Shown: one piece after another, positions 11,731 to 25,287 of the stretch
Layout of the letters: every line of letters starts with the position of its first letter
How positions within the stretch are numbered: position 1 is the first letter of the stretch
Assembly (NCBI GenBank): GCA_965287045.1
Contig: OZ336882.1
Coordinates: forward strand, 65,100,001 to 65,164,000
Source: Carcharhinus amblyrhynchos
Taxonomy: Eukaryota
DNA: 64,000 nucleotides
Direction of reading: 5' to 3'
Program-made: the position numbers and the translations under genes
Notes under the pieces: generated by a model
Told to the model about the DNA's origin: nothing
Seen by the model: only the letters and a program-made list of their open reading frames with translations
Database searches by the model: none

Positions 11731-11973
11731 ATAGGGTGCAGACGGGATGGAACACTGTGTAAGCACAGTCCCGAGTCCCAGGCCAAATCCTGGTCTGTTC
11801 TTACAGCCCAGGACAGCTACAGTAGGAATGGTATGTACCATTCACCTTAGTGAGCATGTTTTCGGAACGTGTAAGCCAGTTAAATTGGAAGGCAACTCCT
11901 GCTCCGTCACTCATGTCACACTCACACGTGGGGAAGTAGTCAACTGGCTCAGGTACAGAAGGTGGTCATCACT

Positions 11974-12108
11974 GATTTGATTTGATTTATTATTGTCACA
12001 TGTATGAGCAGACAGTGAGAAGTATTGTTTCTTGCATACTATACAAAGCATACTGTACATAGGGAAGGAAAGGAGAGTGGGCAGAATATAGCATTACAAT
12101 CACAGCTA
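11974..12108 (-). mobile_element. Rex1/Babar LINE 3' end
   Basis: Reverse complement of the 6920-7055 type sequence; begins TTTGATTTGATTTATTATTGTCACATGTAT. Confidence 0.8.
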
Positions 12109-12135
12109 ATAACTGTACCTGAACAAGAGCTATGT

Positions 12136-12224
12136 GAGTCATCTAGACTTGAAACGTTGCCTCTATTCTCTCCCCACAGATACTGTCAGAGCTTCTGAGG
12201 TTTTTCAGCATTTTCAGTTTTTGT
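12136..12224 (+). mobile_element. Penelope-derived fragment with the 3' half of a hammerhead motif
   Basis: GAGTC/ATCTA/GACTT-GAAA-CGTT followed by CTCTATTCTCTCCCCACAGAT..CAGCATTTT; the CTGAnGA box is missing. Confidence 0.55.
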
Positions 12225-15210
12225 CCCTCCCCCTCCCCCGCCAACCTCCCCCCCCCCAACACCGCCCGTAACTTTATGTGAGTTAGTGATCTGTTCTTAT
12301 TGACATGCCTCATGAAATCAGTCAATCACAAGTTACTGCTAATCGAAACCACATGGTATCTAGCAGGAATTGTATAATCACATTGCTAAGCTTCAAGGTA
12401 CAGCCAGCAAATTGCAGCACCCTGAAACCAATTATTTTGTATAATCATACAAAATGAAGTGGTGAGTCCAGATGAGAAAAAGTTCATTCTTCAGGGCTGA
12501 TGGTGAGTTAAGTATAAACTTTAATAAAATATCTGATTTCGGATGAGGTTCCTCCAACAGAAGAGTTATATGCTTACTTTGTATCCAGGTTCCTTAGTTC
12601 TTTGTGTTTTAATTATCTTGATGCATGCTGGCTTGGTCTCAGCCAAATATGCATCACCTTTTACATGCCCCCAACTTTCCCCCACCACTTCCAGTTTCTA
12701 AGTCTCTCCTTCCACCACACTCCCCCTCCCCTCCATATCCATTAAGCCGTTTATTGGTTTCCTGCTATAATAACACATACAAGTGCTCTGCCGGAGTCCT
12801 CTCTTTGCACTGAGGGTTGTTGATTCATATCGAATGTGGAGAAACAATCAATTTGGATTTAAGACAATAATGGATGTGTGTGCAGGCTGCTTGGGTACAG
12901 ACGAGGTGACTGATGGACAAGGCCAAAGGCCAAATCCACCAATTTTCCTACCAGCCCTCAAGTTCTGCAAGGCAGTTTTGCAGAAGGTTCATCCTCACTG
13001 TTCGATCACACTTTCAACTTTTCCCTCAAGTTTCCATGCTTTTCCAAAAACTAACTCTGTGGCAATGTTCTGATCGACGCCCCCCCCTCACCTAATTCCT
13101 ATTAGTTTGATTCAGAGTGCTCCCCAGAAAAACAACTGCCCCAGCTAGAAAAACTGCTTCCTTCTTGATTTTGCTATGCTCTTTGCATTCTTTATTATAT
13201 CATTCTCAAGGCTCTGTTGTACAAATTACTGATTTATTTCAGGTTAGTTGTAAAATAGTTGACTGGGGAATTTGTTGCAATCTCTTTATGAATCTTTTCC
13301 ATTGACTGCATCTAAGATTTTTTTTTACTTCAAACCGGACAGATTTGTTTTAAAACATAGATAGTTTTAATGAGAGCTTTCAACTCTGCTATGTCTGCTG
13401 AGATATAATTCCACCTCTTATTTCCTTCCATTATAAGAGCTGAGATTTAATGACACAGTTCATGGGGCCTGGAGTTAGCACTTCTGAAATGGGAAGAGCT
13501 AGTAGGCCTGGTAACCATCACCACCCATAATTTTGCACAGAGAATGGCCTCTTGAATTACCCACCCAAGGGTTACATACTCATGGCAAGTAACACAGATA
13601 CATGCATTCAAAGACACTAGGTTTTTTAAAAAAGCAAAAAAATCTGTATTTTGTTGTATCACGTTGAATTCTAGGTGTAAAGATACATTCCCCAGCCATG
13701 GCAAAAACAGTGCTCTGAAATATTGGGAAACATACAAAGAGTAGGTCAGAAAGTGCCTTACTGTAACCTGATGTCAGCCATAAAATCTTACCTTTTCAAA
13801 GCACATGGACGCAAACCATAAACTACTTATGAATCGGAGATGTTCACCAATGGCTACCTATCAAGGCAGTGAATTAAGTTAAGATAGAGAACATTCCTAC
13901 GTATTTAGCACCAAGTGAATGACTAAAAACATTCCAGCAAAACTCTGAACTGAAAGAGAATATTCTGGTCTGTGTTTGGGCCATTTTATCAAACTCATTT
14001 AGAATCATTTCTCAATGCAACAATGAGCAGGCCCACAAGCCTAACTCTAGCTGCCATATTTGTATGAGCTGAAGAAGAAAGGATTGACACGAAAGGATTC
14101 AATGTTTGTGTAAAGTATTGGCGTGTAGGTATTTTTTTATATTCTTAAATGTACCCAAGGGACACCAACAAAAAAGAGGTATCCCACCCTTTTAAGAAAA
14201 AAAAGAAAGTTCAATGTTCCTAATAGTCTCAATTTGTAAAGTACTAACAATTTAAGTGAAATATAATTGTGTCTAACAACAGCCTTTAACATTGCTGAAA
14301 CTTTTTAACAATGAAAATGACATTAATGTATGTGCTTTTTATATAAATTATTACCATAATAGAAAGAAGCTGGAGCGCTCTCTCGACTATAGAGCAAATC
14401 ACTTAACAGTAATTTACGCCTAGGCAACAATTTGGGAATCAGATCCCAAACAGACAAAAGTCCTCATGGTATCAATTTTGGGCTAAGAGCAAATTGTTTT
14501 TCTTCCCTACAATGCCCTAATTGCTTCAAAAGTAGATTGGTTAAATACTGGTGTGCTCACACTCTCTGACACCAACATGCTGCACCTCAGCACGCCTTTC
14601 ATAGTTCAAAAATTCTGAAATTGTCTTCCACCTTCGATTTTCTTCCCCATTCATTCTTCCTGAAGGTGCTGCCTTCTTTCTAGCAGATGGGCATCAGTCT
14701 CCCCTCCTCCCCCTTCTCCGTCCTTCAGATGAGTGCACTGGGCAATAAGCACCACATTTTCCAGGATGAGCATCACAATTGAAGGCAATTCTTGACTTCA
14801 ACACATGCATGCACCTTCTGGTATCAATCTGGAATGGGAGCACTGACTGGGGCTTCCCATCTTCTAATCAGCCCAGAGAACACTGGAGTCAAACCCAGTT
14901 CTCCTGACATCATCTGACCTGATTCCAGCGAACTCACCATGGAACAGGGAGGGCAGCTGGGATCATAAGGGCTTCTAGTAGCACAGCTCTTCATTACCTT
15001 CACCAGCAGAAATTAGCACTGTGCTTCGAGCACATTACTGTGCATTTGCAAATTGAATCGTTTATTATTTCTCACTATAGTCAAAAGCAAAGGATCCGTT
15101 TTTACAGAGAGTTGGTGGTGATATTTGATGAGCCCAATTGAAAACAAAACTAACATTTCTTGTAAATTTCAGTCATTTGAACTGCTCAATAAATGAGTAA
15201 ATAAACCGTA

Positions 15211-15433
15211 TAGGGTCATGGTTTGAGGATAAGGGATAAACCTTTTAGAACAGAGGTGAGGAGAAATTTCTTCACCCAGAGGATGGTGAACATGTGGCAT
15301 TCACTACCACAGAAAGTAGTTGAGGCCAAAACATTGTCTGATTTCAAGAAGAAATTAGATACACCTCTTGGGGCTAAAGCGATCAAGGTATATGGGAGGA
15401 AGGGTGGATCTGGATATTGAATTCGATGATCAG
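15211..15433 (+). mobile_element. CR1 LINE ORF2 C-terminal fragment
   Basis: GHGLRIRDKPFRTEVRRNFFTQRMVNMWHSLPQKVVEAKTLSDFKKKLD, the canonical CR1 ORF2 end. Confidence 0.92.
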
Positions 15434-16096
15434 CGTTTGTCCCAGTGATCAGGGAAGGGGAAAATACTAAAATCATTGGGGTCTCCAATCCTGACCATTA
15501 ACCAACTACCCAGACTGGAGATTGCATTTCCATAGGCATCGCTTACAGGCAGGGTCTTCTCTAGCTGCAGTGCATTCCTCAGTTGAATAGATTGTCAGTA
15601 CAAATTGTCTAGAATTGAAGTGAAGAACAGCCGCTGTGCTGAGGAGGGAGTGTGAAACCTTCCACGTAGCTCCCCATCATCCTCCCACACCCCTAATCAC
15701 GCACCCCCCCCCCCATCCTGCCACCCAGACATTTGTGCCAACAAAAGTGGCACCTTCAAGAGTAGAGAGAAGTAAACCTGCTGGGATCAACCATTCAGCA
15801 ACAGTCACTTTTCCCTGAACAACAGATTAAGCCAGAATGCTAAAGATTGCAGCTGACAGCAGAGTTGAGTATTGTACAACTGCCCTAGAGAATACTGCCA
15901 TTCTGTAAGAGTACATTGAAGCTGGCAGGGGTAGGAATTGTGACCAGTTACAGGTTCCAGTGAATGCACGGAGAATTATTAATAAAATAGAGGAAAAAAA
16001 GTTAACAATTACATTGCCCCTTCATGTCTTGTTTTGACAAACCCCAGAGGAATCCCTATCTACCCAGACACTTGAGTTTCACAATAGCAACATGGT

Positions 16097-16098
<2 letters not shown>

Positions 16099-16140
<42 letters not shown>
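16099..16140. repeat. (CA)21 microsatellite
   Basis: Perfect dinucleotide run. Confidence 0.99.
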
Positions 16141-16141
<1 letters not shown>

Positions 16142-16550
16142 CTTCACTCATGGGTGCACCTCTCTGCATACGCTTGACTACATGTGTGTGTTTCAATCAG
16201 AAATACATATTTAAATTGACTGTCTGTGTAGAAGGGTGGGGGACTCTGCGTTTCTTTTTATATTTCTGTCAGGAAAAGCTGACAATTGTCTGACATTAAG
16301 TCAACGACACCATTAATCACACAGATGACAATGAGCGGAAAAAGCATGGTATGTTCAGAATTTTGGCCACCCCCAGCAATTCTCAATTTATACTGGAGTG
16401 GCTTTGGCACTACAATGTGTGAGGCAGGGCCAAACCAGTGAAGAGAAGTAAATGGCAGGAAAGAGAACTGTCACACCTCCTCAACGTTACACTGGCTTTA
16501 ACATCGCATTGGAGTTCCTTAGTAAAGAGCTTCATCAGTGAACATGTTAT

Positions 16551-16892
16551 CACCATAAAACCACAGTACCCCAACAATGCAGGAGGTGGCCTTTCGGCCC
16601 ATTGAGCCTTCACCAGCTCTCCAAAAGAACTCCTGCCCTTCCCCTCAACCCAACCATATAACCCCATGCATTTATCATTGTTAACCTACCTAACCTGCAC
16701 ATCTTTGCACAATTTGGCATGACCAATTCACCCAATCTGCACATCTTTGGATCGTGGGAAGAAACCAGAGCACCCGGAGAAAACCCACGCAGAGAACATG
16801 CAGACTCCACACAGACGGTCACCCAAGGCTGGAATCGAACCCAGGTCCCTGGCACTCTGAGGCAGCAATGCAAACCACTGTGCCACCATGCC
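16551..16892 (-). mobile_element. HE1-type V-SINE
   Basis: Reverse complement of the 1641 family; contains a small internal tandem duplication (ACCTGCACATCTTTG / ATCTGCACATCTTTG). Confidence 0.9.
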
Positions 16893-17614
16893 ACTCACAC
16901 ATTTAAACCTATGTTGAGGCAGATGACAAGAGAACCCTTAAACCACGAACAAAAAATTTATTATATCAGCTCTCTCCTAAAGACATCTTGCTGGAACACC
17001 TGAATCCCAGCCATCGCTCCACAAGACCTCTGTCTTCATGTAATGATTGCAGACTTTGAATGCCATTCGATTATTCAATAATCAATGGCAATGTAGCTGA
17101 CCCTGTTATTGAATTTAATACCCACCTCCAGTACTTGCAAACAAGGGTCTCTTGCTATTGCCTAACCCAGTGAAACATTGCATCGTGCTGACCTGAAAGA
17201 TGTGTCCTGTAAGCCACGTGGGAGTAAGACAGATAACCAACAAATTATCAAATGAAGCGCTATTGCAGAATGCCTTGATGGAGCAGCAATTAATATATAC
17301 TGATCCAATTCTCAACTAGCATCCCACTATTGGAGTGAATGGAAGAATATAAAATAAGCTGACTTTTTCCCTCCCTTTCTTGCCCAGCAATAGCGAAGCC
17401 AGCTGTAACAGCCCACTGCTGTTCTAGAGATCAGTTAACTTAGCTCTGGAGATGGACCCTATGACCCATCCGCTCTTCATGGCTCAGCTATACACCAGTC
17501 TATTTAAATAGACCAAATGAGCATCAGAGATGAGCACATTTTGATTGGACACAGAAGCTGCATCTTCTAACAGTTTGTTATCCAAAAATACATAGATCAT
17601 ATAACGAGAGAGGG

Positions 17615-17808
17615 TTAGTTGTTCTTTGTTCAGGGAATGTTGGGTCAGCATTTATTGCTGATGGTACGTTTCCTTCCCTAAAGAGCATTAGCAGGTTTTA
17701 CAGCAATGGTTTTGTGGTCATCATTAGGCTTTTAATTCCAGATATTACTTGGAGTCGAACCCAGGATTACTGGTCCAATGACAATACCACTACACCATCA
17801 CTTTCCCT
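17615..17808 (-). mobile_element. Old tRNA-derived SINE (second family), internally deleted
   Basis: TTTCCTTCCCTAAAG..CATTAG and GGATTACTGGTCCAATGACAATACCACTACACCATC are shared with the 31200, 47083 and 51215 copies. Confidence 0.6.
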
Positions 17809-18499
17809 AGTGTGGGGAAACCTTTTGTTTCATTTTATCCCAAGGGAATACCACCAAATCCAAGTCTCCCATCACGTCAATCCTTCAGCAAAGCCTCATC
17901 CCACTCTTCATTCACAGTGCCACCCTTTTCTAAAAGAAAATCAATTCCCCTTCCCTGTCCACACAAAAAAAATAACTTTGGAGGTGTGAGGGGAGTGTTG
18001 ACAGGCAGCATCACCAGGCAGCTCAGCAAGTTCCTTCTAACAGCCCGATGTTTCCAGACATTTTCCTGCAGGCCGTCTTGGTTTCTTGGCCTGCCTTACG
18101 TTATTTATGAGATACCTTTTCTTCTCATTCCCTCTCTGCAAGAGAAAATCTAATACAGCAGATTGTGCACAGTAGGTTCCAAATGTACAGGAACGGAAGG
18201 AATGAAGAAAAGTTGGACTTGTGCCATCTACTTTAAAGATGCAATATGATCGTAATGGAAGGTGATTATTGACGACTCGCAGACAGTTGATGGATGTTTT
18301 CCTGTGTGAATGACACTGCTGTTGTATATCAGAATTCATCATATGGTACAAAAAAAACCCTGTGCAGTTTATTTTCTTCTCAGTGATGGAAAATGATCTT
18401 TTAACTCCTTGAGTCCCTCTTCAGCCCTGTGTTTGGATTGGAGAAGTAGCCGTTGTTTCCATTCAGACTGAGATTCTTTCTATAGTTCCTACATGGAGT

Positions 18500-19700
18500 C
18501 TTATTGACACAAAACAGGGGCACTCAACCCTTTCCTGCTCCAGCACAAGACCTTAAAGGGCTGGGGCTCCACAGGCAACAATGGCTCTCCAATGCCTCAC
18601 ACTGGTGGCTGTTATTTACACATGACCACCAGGTTGCTAAAATGGACAGAATATCCTCGCCTGTGCAGTCCAAATATGATCCCATCCTCAACCAATACCC
18701 ACCCAGACTCACATTTCTCCTCTTCACTCCTGAAGCTATCAATTCTCTTGTTGGGGCACTATTTCCACGGTTGCAGGGTGTTCTCCAGAACATCAACCAC
18801 ATTGCTGTTATTCAGCAATGTGAGACTAAACAGTGAATGGAAGCAAACAATTCAAGCATGTCCATGTCCAATATCAGCTGGGGCCACCAGGTGAATTTAT
18901 TTATAACCCACCTGTCAACTCCAGAGGCACTGATGCCAATTGTGATTACACTGCCAGTGGAGTAACTGTTCAGACTCCTGCAGGCCAGGGTCAATGTGTC
19001 TCCATCATCCAGAACGGGATCTCAGTAGCAATACCCTCTGGCACTGAATGGCCTTTGGATAGTCATTGTCTGGGCTCACATACAAAGACTGGCCAAGTGC
19101 TCAATGTACAGTTAGACTATCAGTGCCCATGGAGTTATGTATCAACAAAAGACAGAGCTTTAAAAGAGGAAGGGAGAAAACTGGGAGGGAAGGAACTAGG
19201 CAGTTTATCTTGACAAAAGTAATTCGACAGGTTACTACTTAAAAGCCTTTAGCATTTCCTGATATCAGTTGTTCTGCGAGGGTAAGACATGATGGGGACA
19301 ATGTGAAACAATCAGCAAGCAAAGCAAAAAATACTTCAAGAAAAGCAGACTCACGGCTAGAAAATGTGTGACCCAACAAACACCAGACCCATTCTGTCAC
19401 AGAGGCCTGCTGTCCCTTACAGTGCAGCAGCTCTTGAAGTAGTTCACTGCAAACGAGCAAGAATTTCCAGCCTCCTGTGTTCTGTCAGCCTCTGACATCT
19501 CGCCAGAATCCTCCAACAAAAGGAAGTAATCCAAAAAGATTGGGGAATTCATTAGTCAAATCCCATAAGTGTCTGTATCTGATACAGTAACAATCTCCTC
19601 ACCTCAGCATTTTCACACAAAAAAACTATTTAGTCTACTGGAACACTGCACATCTACAGCTGAAGGATTTTGTCAAACGCTGGGCTAGCAGCCGTCTGCA
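18500..19700 (-). mobile_element. Very old Gypsy (Mag-like) pol relic: RT thumb, RNase H, integrase N-terminus
   Basis: Colinear motifs on the minus strand: FDKILQL, DTYGI, EFPNLFGLLPFVGGF (ELRSFLGLLNYYGKF), ELLHCKGQ..EWVW, GYK*IHLVAPADIGHGHA (AYQYTIVYRPGKDIGNADA), VLENTLQPW..LVEDGIIFG (VLEYTLNGW..SVEDGCILWG), EPLLPVE..WSR (APLHPWE..WSR). Many stops and frameshifts. Confidence 0.55.
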
Positions 19701-20154
19701 TTCTACTACGTATTTGCCCTTGGCTCACCCACATGCCATGTCAGAACTGACTCAGAGCCACTCAATGACGGGATAAGAGATTGTAAGTGGGGGCTTAAGG
19801 TGAAAGATAACTACCGCAGACAGGAAATTTATTTTGTCACCATCTAGGTTTCTATGGAGCTCGAGCTGTCAGATCTATCTTCATGTGTTGTGATCTCTAA
19901 TGTTCAATTACCATCTTTCCCTCCCACTTCAACTCTCTCTTGTCCGCAATGTGTTTCTACTTTTACTCACTTGGTCCACGCTATATTACCCAGACGCCTC
20001 CCAAAATCATTTAGCAACTCTTCCTGTTTGGTTTATTTTGTCAGTGTTCAGGCACTTTTTTTCTTATAACACCAGCTACTGGTTTAATCCAAAGTAATGT
20101 GTTAAAGCCAGCTGCTCCAGCAGTTTACCTTTGTAATATCGAATCATCGGTATT

Positions 20155-20420
20155 TAGACCTACAGTTGGTGTGGTAGTGGCACAATGGCCCAGTTTGATA
20201 TTCAGGCCTACAATCTGGTGTGGTACAGAGCCCAACAGTCTTGTGCACTACTAAGTTCAACAATCTAGTGTGGAACTGAGCCCAATGACCTGGTGTAGTA
20301 CAGAGTTCAGTGATTTAGCATGGTACTGAGGCCTACAGGCTGGTATGGTATTGAGCCCAGTTGTGATATTGAACCCAATGGCCTAGTCAATTATTAAGTT
20401 CAGTAGCCTGATGTGGTAAT
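20155..20420. repeat. Degenerate ~25-bp tandem repeat (~10 units)
   Basis: Recurring CTGGTGTGGTACTGAGCCCAA-like unit. Confidence 0.75.
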
Positions 20421-20624
20421 CATGCTTTGCCGCTGTTCACCTAGCTGTTTGTTTTCTGTATCTGCTTCAAAGGTGAAGAATGATGGTGATCCAATACAGC
20501 ATTGACTTGATTTGGTTCCATGTCCAACAGCCTGACTGAATTTTCTGAGTTGTCATCTTTGGCCAATGGATAGTGATTCAATGTGGTCAATGTCTGAGTG
20601 AAGACTTATTCTATAACGTAAAGC

Positions 20625-21125
20625 CTTCATAAAATCCCAGGACAATATACTGGAGGATCCAGCCAGTCAGTCCATTTTAATGCATCCATCCACAACCATT
20701 CTGCACTCTCTGTATCGCGACATCTAATTGTTTCTTCAATTATTCCTGGGTTTTAGCTCCACCACTCTACCTAATGGAAATCTTTGTCCATCTTTGTGCA
20801 AAGGAAAACAACATGACAGTGGTCCTAAATTTGGATTTCCACTGGTTTAAATCTGTGGAGACCTTTGTCCTGCTTCAGTAACTTAATTTAAAGTTATTAC
20901 CTTTTCAACTGCCTTAATTGTCATGCATACCTTTAGAAAATTACCTCTTGATGGTCTCTTTTGCAGTTAAAAAGGTCCAAATCTCTCCAGTCTTTTGCTT
21001 TAGCTGAGACCCCTGATGCCAATAATCAGTTTCATGCCTCTTCTCTGCATTCTTTCTCACATTTAAATGTCCCTTGTATTTCCGAGACCAGAACTAGTAC
21101 TCTGTACACAAGATGACCAGAACTT
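20625..21125 (-). mobile_element. Old CR1 LINE fragment
   Basis: CTTCTCTGCA..GAGACCAGAACT..TACTC and AATCTCTCCAGTCTTT match antisense CR1 ORF2 (cf. 37420-37495). Confidence 0.55.
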
Positions 21126-21259
21126 CACTTACTCTACTCCCTCTGTGCTCACTGTTTGATCCTGACTCTCTATTTGTTGATACATTTGAGTAAGTAGAAT
21201 ATAAGAAGTACCTAAAGGTAAGTAACAATTAAATCCTTTCACAATCCCAAAACATTCTG

Positions 21260-22408
21260 AAAGCAAAATGTTTTTCTCCAGAGTAGGTGGGTGTGGGGTG
21301 GTGTCAGACCAATTGCCTCCAGAGACTGTTGATTGCCAAAACAAGCTGTTTAAAAGGCCTGCCTTGATTCTCTCGAGATTTCATCTTATTTATATTAAAT
21401 ATTAGGTCTTCTAGCCCACACCCCTCATATCTCTTCATCCCACCATCCACTCCCCATGCCCCATCCATGCCGAACCATGCCTGACGCCTCATAGCCCCCA
21501 TGCCAGCTTATGGCCCCTCACCCAACAACATCTCATGGCTCTATATTGCGCCATGCCAAGTTAATGTCAATCCATACTGACCCACATACCCCATGGAGAC
21601 TTGTAGCCCATGTGAACTTAATGCCATCTCATGGAAATCCATGTCCATCCCATCCAACATCTTTGCTCTACATTTTCATTGCCACACCATCAAGTCTTCA
21701 CCATGGTCAGACATCAGGTACCATACTGAGATGAAATTAAACAAAGATCTAGATATCTATTATGGTTTCATCATAATAAAAGCTCCATTCATGAAAGCCA
21801 GTTCAGAACATTTAACTCTCCTCAAGTACTTTATCCCTTATAAAACAAACAGTTATATCCATAATAGCAGATCAAATACAACTAATCCTTTAATAACCTC
21901 TTCAAACTGTTAATCAATTTGTAAACTCAAAACCTCCTACTGAAATAATGATAGGTTGTGGAAACAAGCGAAGCATTAATACTAGTAAACGATAACACTG
22001 GGGTAAAGTTAATAGCTATTGTAATGGATTTTTCAACGTTTTGCTTTTTGTTAATTTTGAGGGCTTGGGGATTTAAGTAGCAGGACAGCTTGAATATTTT
22101 TAAACCTCAATGATATAGGTAGGCTGTTTAATGTTTAAAGGACCGATGATTTAAATAACTTGACAGTTCTATGGACCATATCTGCTTTTTAAGAACTTTT
22201 TATGACTATTCTAAAAGTCCGTAACTCCCACACTGCAGGTTAAGGCCCTTATAACTGAAATGGGGTCTGTGTGAATGCAGCACTGAGTTCGGTGTCGCCT
22301 ATGTTAGCCACAAATTTTTCTCCTCCCAGTGGAACTGTTAGAAATGGGGTAGGGCTTCTGTCATTCTTAAAGGTGGTGGGAGTATTCAACTCTGCAAAAA
22401 TCTGGGCC
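21260..22408. mobile_element. Probable non-autonomous DNA transposon remnant
   Basis: Internal CCCATGCC low-complexity tract; ends in GCAAAAATCTGGGCC, a TIR-like end. Left end uncertain. Confidence 0.35.
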
Positions 22409-22419
22409 ACATATTAGAA

Positions 22420-22700
22420 TAGAAAAGACAAGATGTGCAGTTTTCCAAGTTACACCTCAACTGCAGGACAACATGATGTAGGTACATTGGGAAAGAAGCA
22501 GAACATTAAAAAGCACTTCTACACATTAGGAGTATTGAACACTTGAAATCATCTTCTTAGTAGAGTAAGGCAGGCAAAAATATGGGACTCATTTAAGGTC
22601 ATTTAAGGATGCTATGGTGGGGGAGGGGGAGTTCCATAGGTTTCTAGAATGAAATGGATGGGTTGAAAGGTCTCCCTCATTCGGCCTTATCAATGTTGAT
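22420..22700 (+). mobile_element. Old CR1 LINE 3' fragment
   Basis: AAGCACTTCTACACATTAGGAGTATTGAACACTTGAAAT (KHF.T.RV..TWN) and the tail GGATGGGTTGAAAGGTCTCCCTC. Confidence 0.5.
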
Positions 22701-25287
22701 CTTTGTGAAACAGGAGCTAGGTTGATTTATAATCAACCAAGTGCTCAATGAGACTGAGGAGGAAAGAAGACAAGTCTGCAACATGAGTATGTTCCTTTTG
22801 GAACAAAATCCTGAGGAAACTTTGATTTAAAGGTTTTCACCCAATTATTTTTAATCTTTTCAATTTCTACTCCAAGCTGACATTTAGCCCGAGCTGAAAT
22901 TTTTGTTCAAATGGCGAGGAAAGCACACCCCCCACCCCACCTTGAACAAGTTCTCAATGACTTCCACTCATGCTGAGCAATAGAGAAGGAAAACTGTTGT
23001 TTATGTGACTAAAATGGATTGTGAAATTCAAACAAACAAGGAAACGGTATTGCCCACTGCAACAAGCTCTACCCAGAGGTTTCCGATCCTTAGGGGAACT
23101 TGGAGCAGCACTGCAGCAGCAAGCAAATAAAACAGCAAACTGCTCTGCTACAGGTGGGAGACCAATGTCACAGCACTAACAAGCATTCGCTCAGATTGCT
23201 TGTGTTGCTTCAAAATCTCATTAACATGTATAAAATGAAAGTCTCTGTTCCATAACATAAAAACAGGAAGTCTTTGGATTCTCACTCACAAATGTGAGGC
23301 AACGGGCAACAGAGGGAAAAGCACAGTGATCCGGAATGATCCAACCATCATGACACATGCGCCTCACATGGGTCAGTGGATTTGAAATCCACTCTGCAGG
23401 ATTATTAGAAACAGAAATTCCCACTTTAGGCAAGCTCCTATCTCTTTATTTCATGCAATCTTGTCTGACAATGATGCATGGGGTGAGGTCAACCATTCCC
23501 AGGTCTCTGGCAATGGCGCTGTTTGTTGGCTAGTGAGGACATTTGAGATAGTGACTCTGTGGTGACTCCTCAGTTTGTCCTTCCTTCGTCTTCTCCGATA
23601 ATACATTTAAGAATTCCACAACCATCCAGTGCGTTCAAGATCGGGGGAATATTGAATTTTAGTGCAGTGTTGTTGAGTACAGTATTGTCTATGTTTAGAA
23701 CCAAGCAGTCATGCTTGGGTACTATTGGCTTTTGCACCTCCCCAATTTAAGGAGGAGAAACATCAAGCAGACTTCTTATTCCTCACTATTACTCTGCGCT
23801 CACAGCTGGAAAGTATATTGATGTTGGACTTGTCTTTAGCTTGGAAATGTCCCATTGTTGAATGGCCACAAATAAAATGGTAGCTACATATACAGAAACT
23901 ATTGACTACAAATTTTGGGCTGTCCTGTGATTGCAAATGGCACTATAGGAATACACGTCTTTCTTTAATGCTTACTGACATGGTATACTTGAAGAAAGGG
24001 CATGGGTTGAGGTATCAGAGGGGTGACTGGCCCTGCAGCAGCAAGGAGTTTAAACCTTACAGATGTGAAAATTTGGTGGGTGGTGGTGCGGAATTTGCCG
24101 TTCCAACTAAGTGGAGGTTCCTCTTTACAAACAATTGGGGAGCCGAGGCACTTCCAACAAAAACAAATTCAGAAATGTCGTTGCTCATCCGTTTTGCTCT
24201 TTGGCAAAGGGTCGCAGTACAAGCTGCGACTGAACACAAATATTTGCTTGCAGCACACAGACCCACCCACCGCTCCCCCCCCACCCTTCCCTCTACCCCC
24301 TCCTCTCCACTGCCACAGCAGCTTGTACTCAACAAACAGGCTGAGGCAATGGGAGTTGTTCAGAGAAAGCTCTCTGTTGCTTGGAAGACGGTGTGAGGGA
24401 CAACAGCAAATACCCGTGCCAAAGTCCTATTTTAGAAATTTTCAGCGCTACAACATAATACATATTGTTGTAAGGAAGAAGGCAGCTTGAGGCCTTTCCT
24501 GCTACTTTTATGGATCACCCTGCAGCCTCCGTTTTTAGAACATCTCGACAATAATTGCTGGAACCTGACCAGATGCAGGGTGCAGCTCCGAAACGGAAGA
24601 GAAGGTCCAAAGTCTACTGCTGTGACAGCCTTGCTGCTCACTGGCCTACATCCTCTAATTGTATATTTTCTTTAGTTAGCTGCCCGGAAGCTCTGCGCTG
24701 CTCAATTTGTTTTTGATCCTGTGAAGACCTTCCTGAGGCTGATGACAGCAGGGCTTCAAAGCTGTGGATTGTGTTGGCGGCAGAGGTGGTGGGGGCTGGG
24801 GAGGTGGAGATGGGGAAGCAGAGGCAAGGATCCTCTCTTCAAAATATATTGCAGAGTTAAGCTTTCAGTTGTCTTAGAAAAACAGATGAATCTCAGTGCT
24901 CACATTTGCAACTCCTTCCTTACAAATGATTTACACCAAACTCTCTTTCATTAATAAACTTAACACCTTCAGTGCACTGCCAAGTTGGCCTTTATCAGTA
25001 TTGTAAATCCAGAGTGTTGTAAAAATGTTCAGATTATATCAAAAATCCTTTCCAAGGCATTTCAGAATCTTTGGCACCAATTAGTAGGGCAAGTCAAACT
25101 GCCATTAAATGAAGACTTGTTAACCTAGAAGTTTCCCCAAAGAAAAACAAACAAACTGTCAACAGGTTACAGGATAAACCATTTAAACCATAAAAGCTGC
25201 ACTAACGTCAAGGAAACCACAACGAAATAGTATGAGGGAGTTATAAAGAAAATCTCCAAATTCCAGTCCATAATTTAGATGTTTTAA

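Noticed and set aside
12470-12610. Possible further decayed hammerhead/Penelope palindrome (also ~56985)
   Set aside because: Core boxes mutated and no convincing stems.
13791-13856. 66-nt minus-strand exon candidate with an AAG|GTAAGA donor
   Set aside because: Weak acceptor and unrecognised 22-aa peptide.
18833-19213. 126-aa plus-strand ORF
   Set aside because: Non-ATG start and no recognisable family; better explained as antisense to the decayed Gypsy pol.
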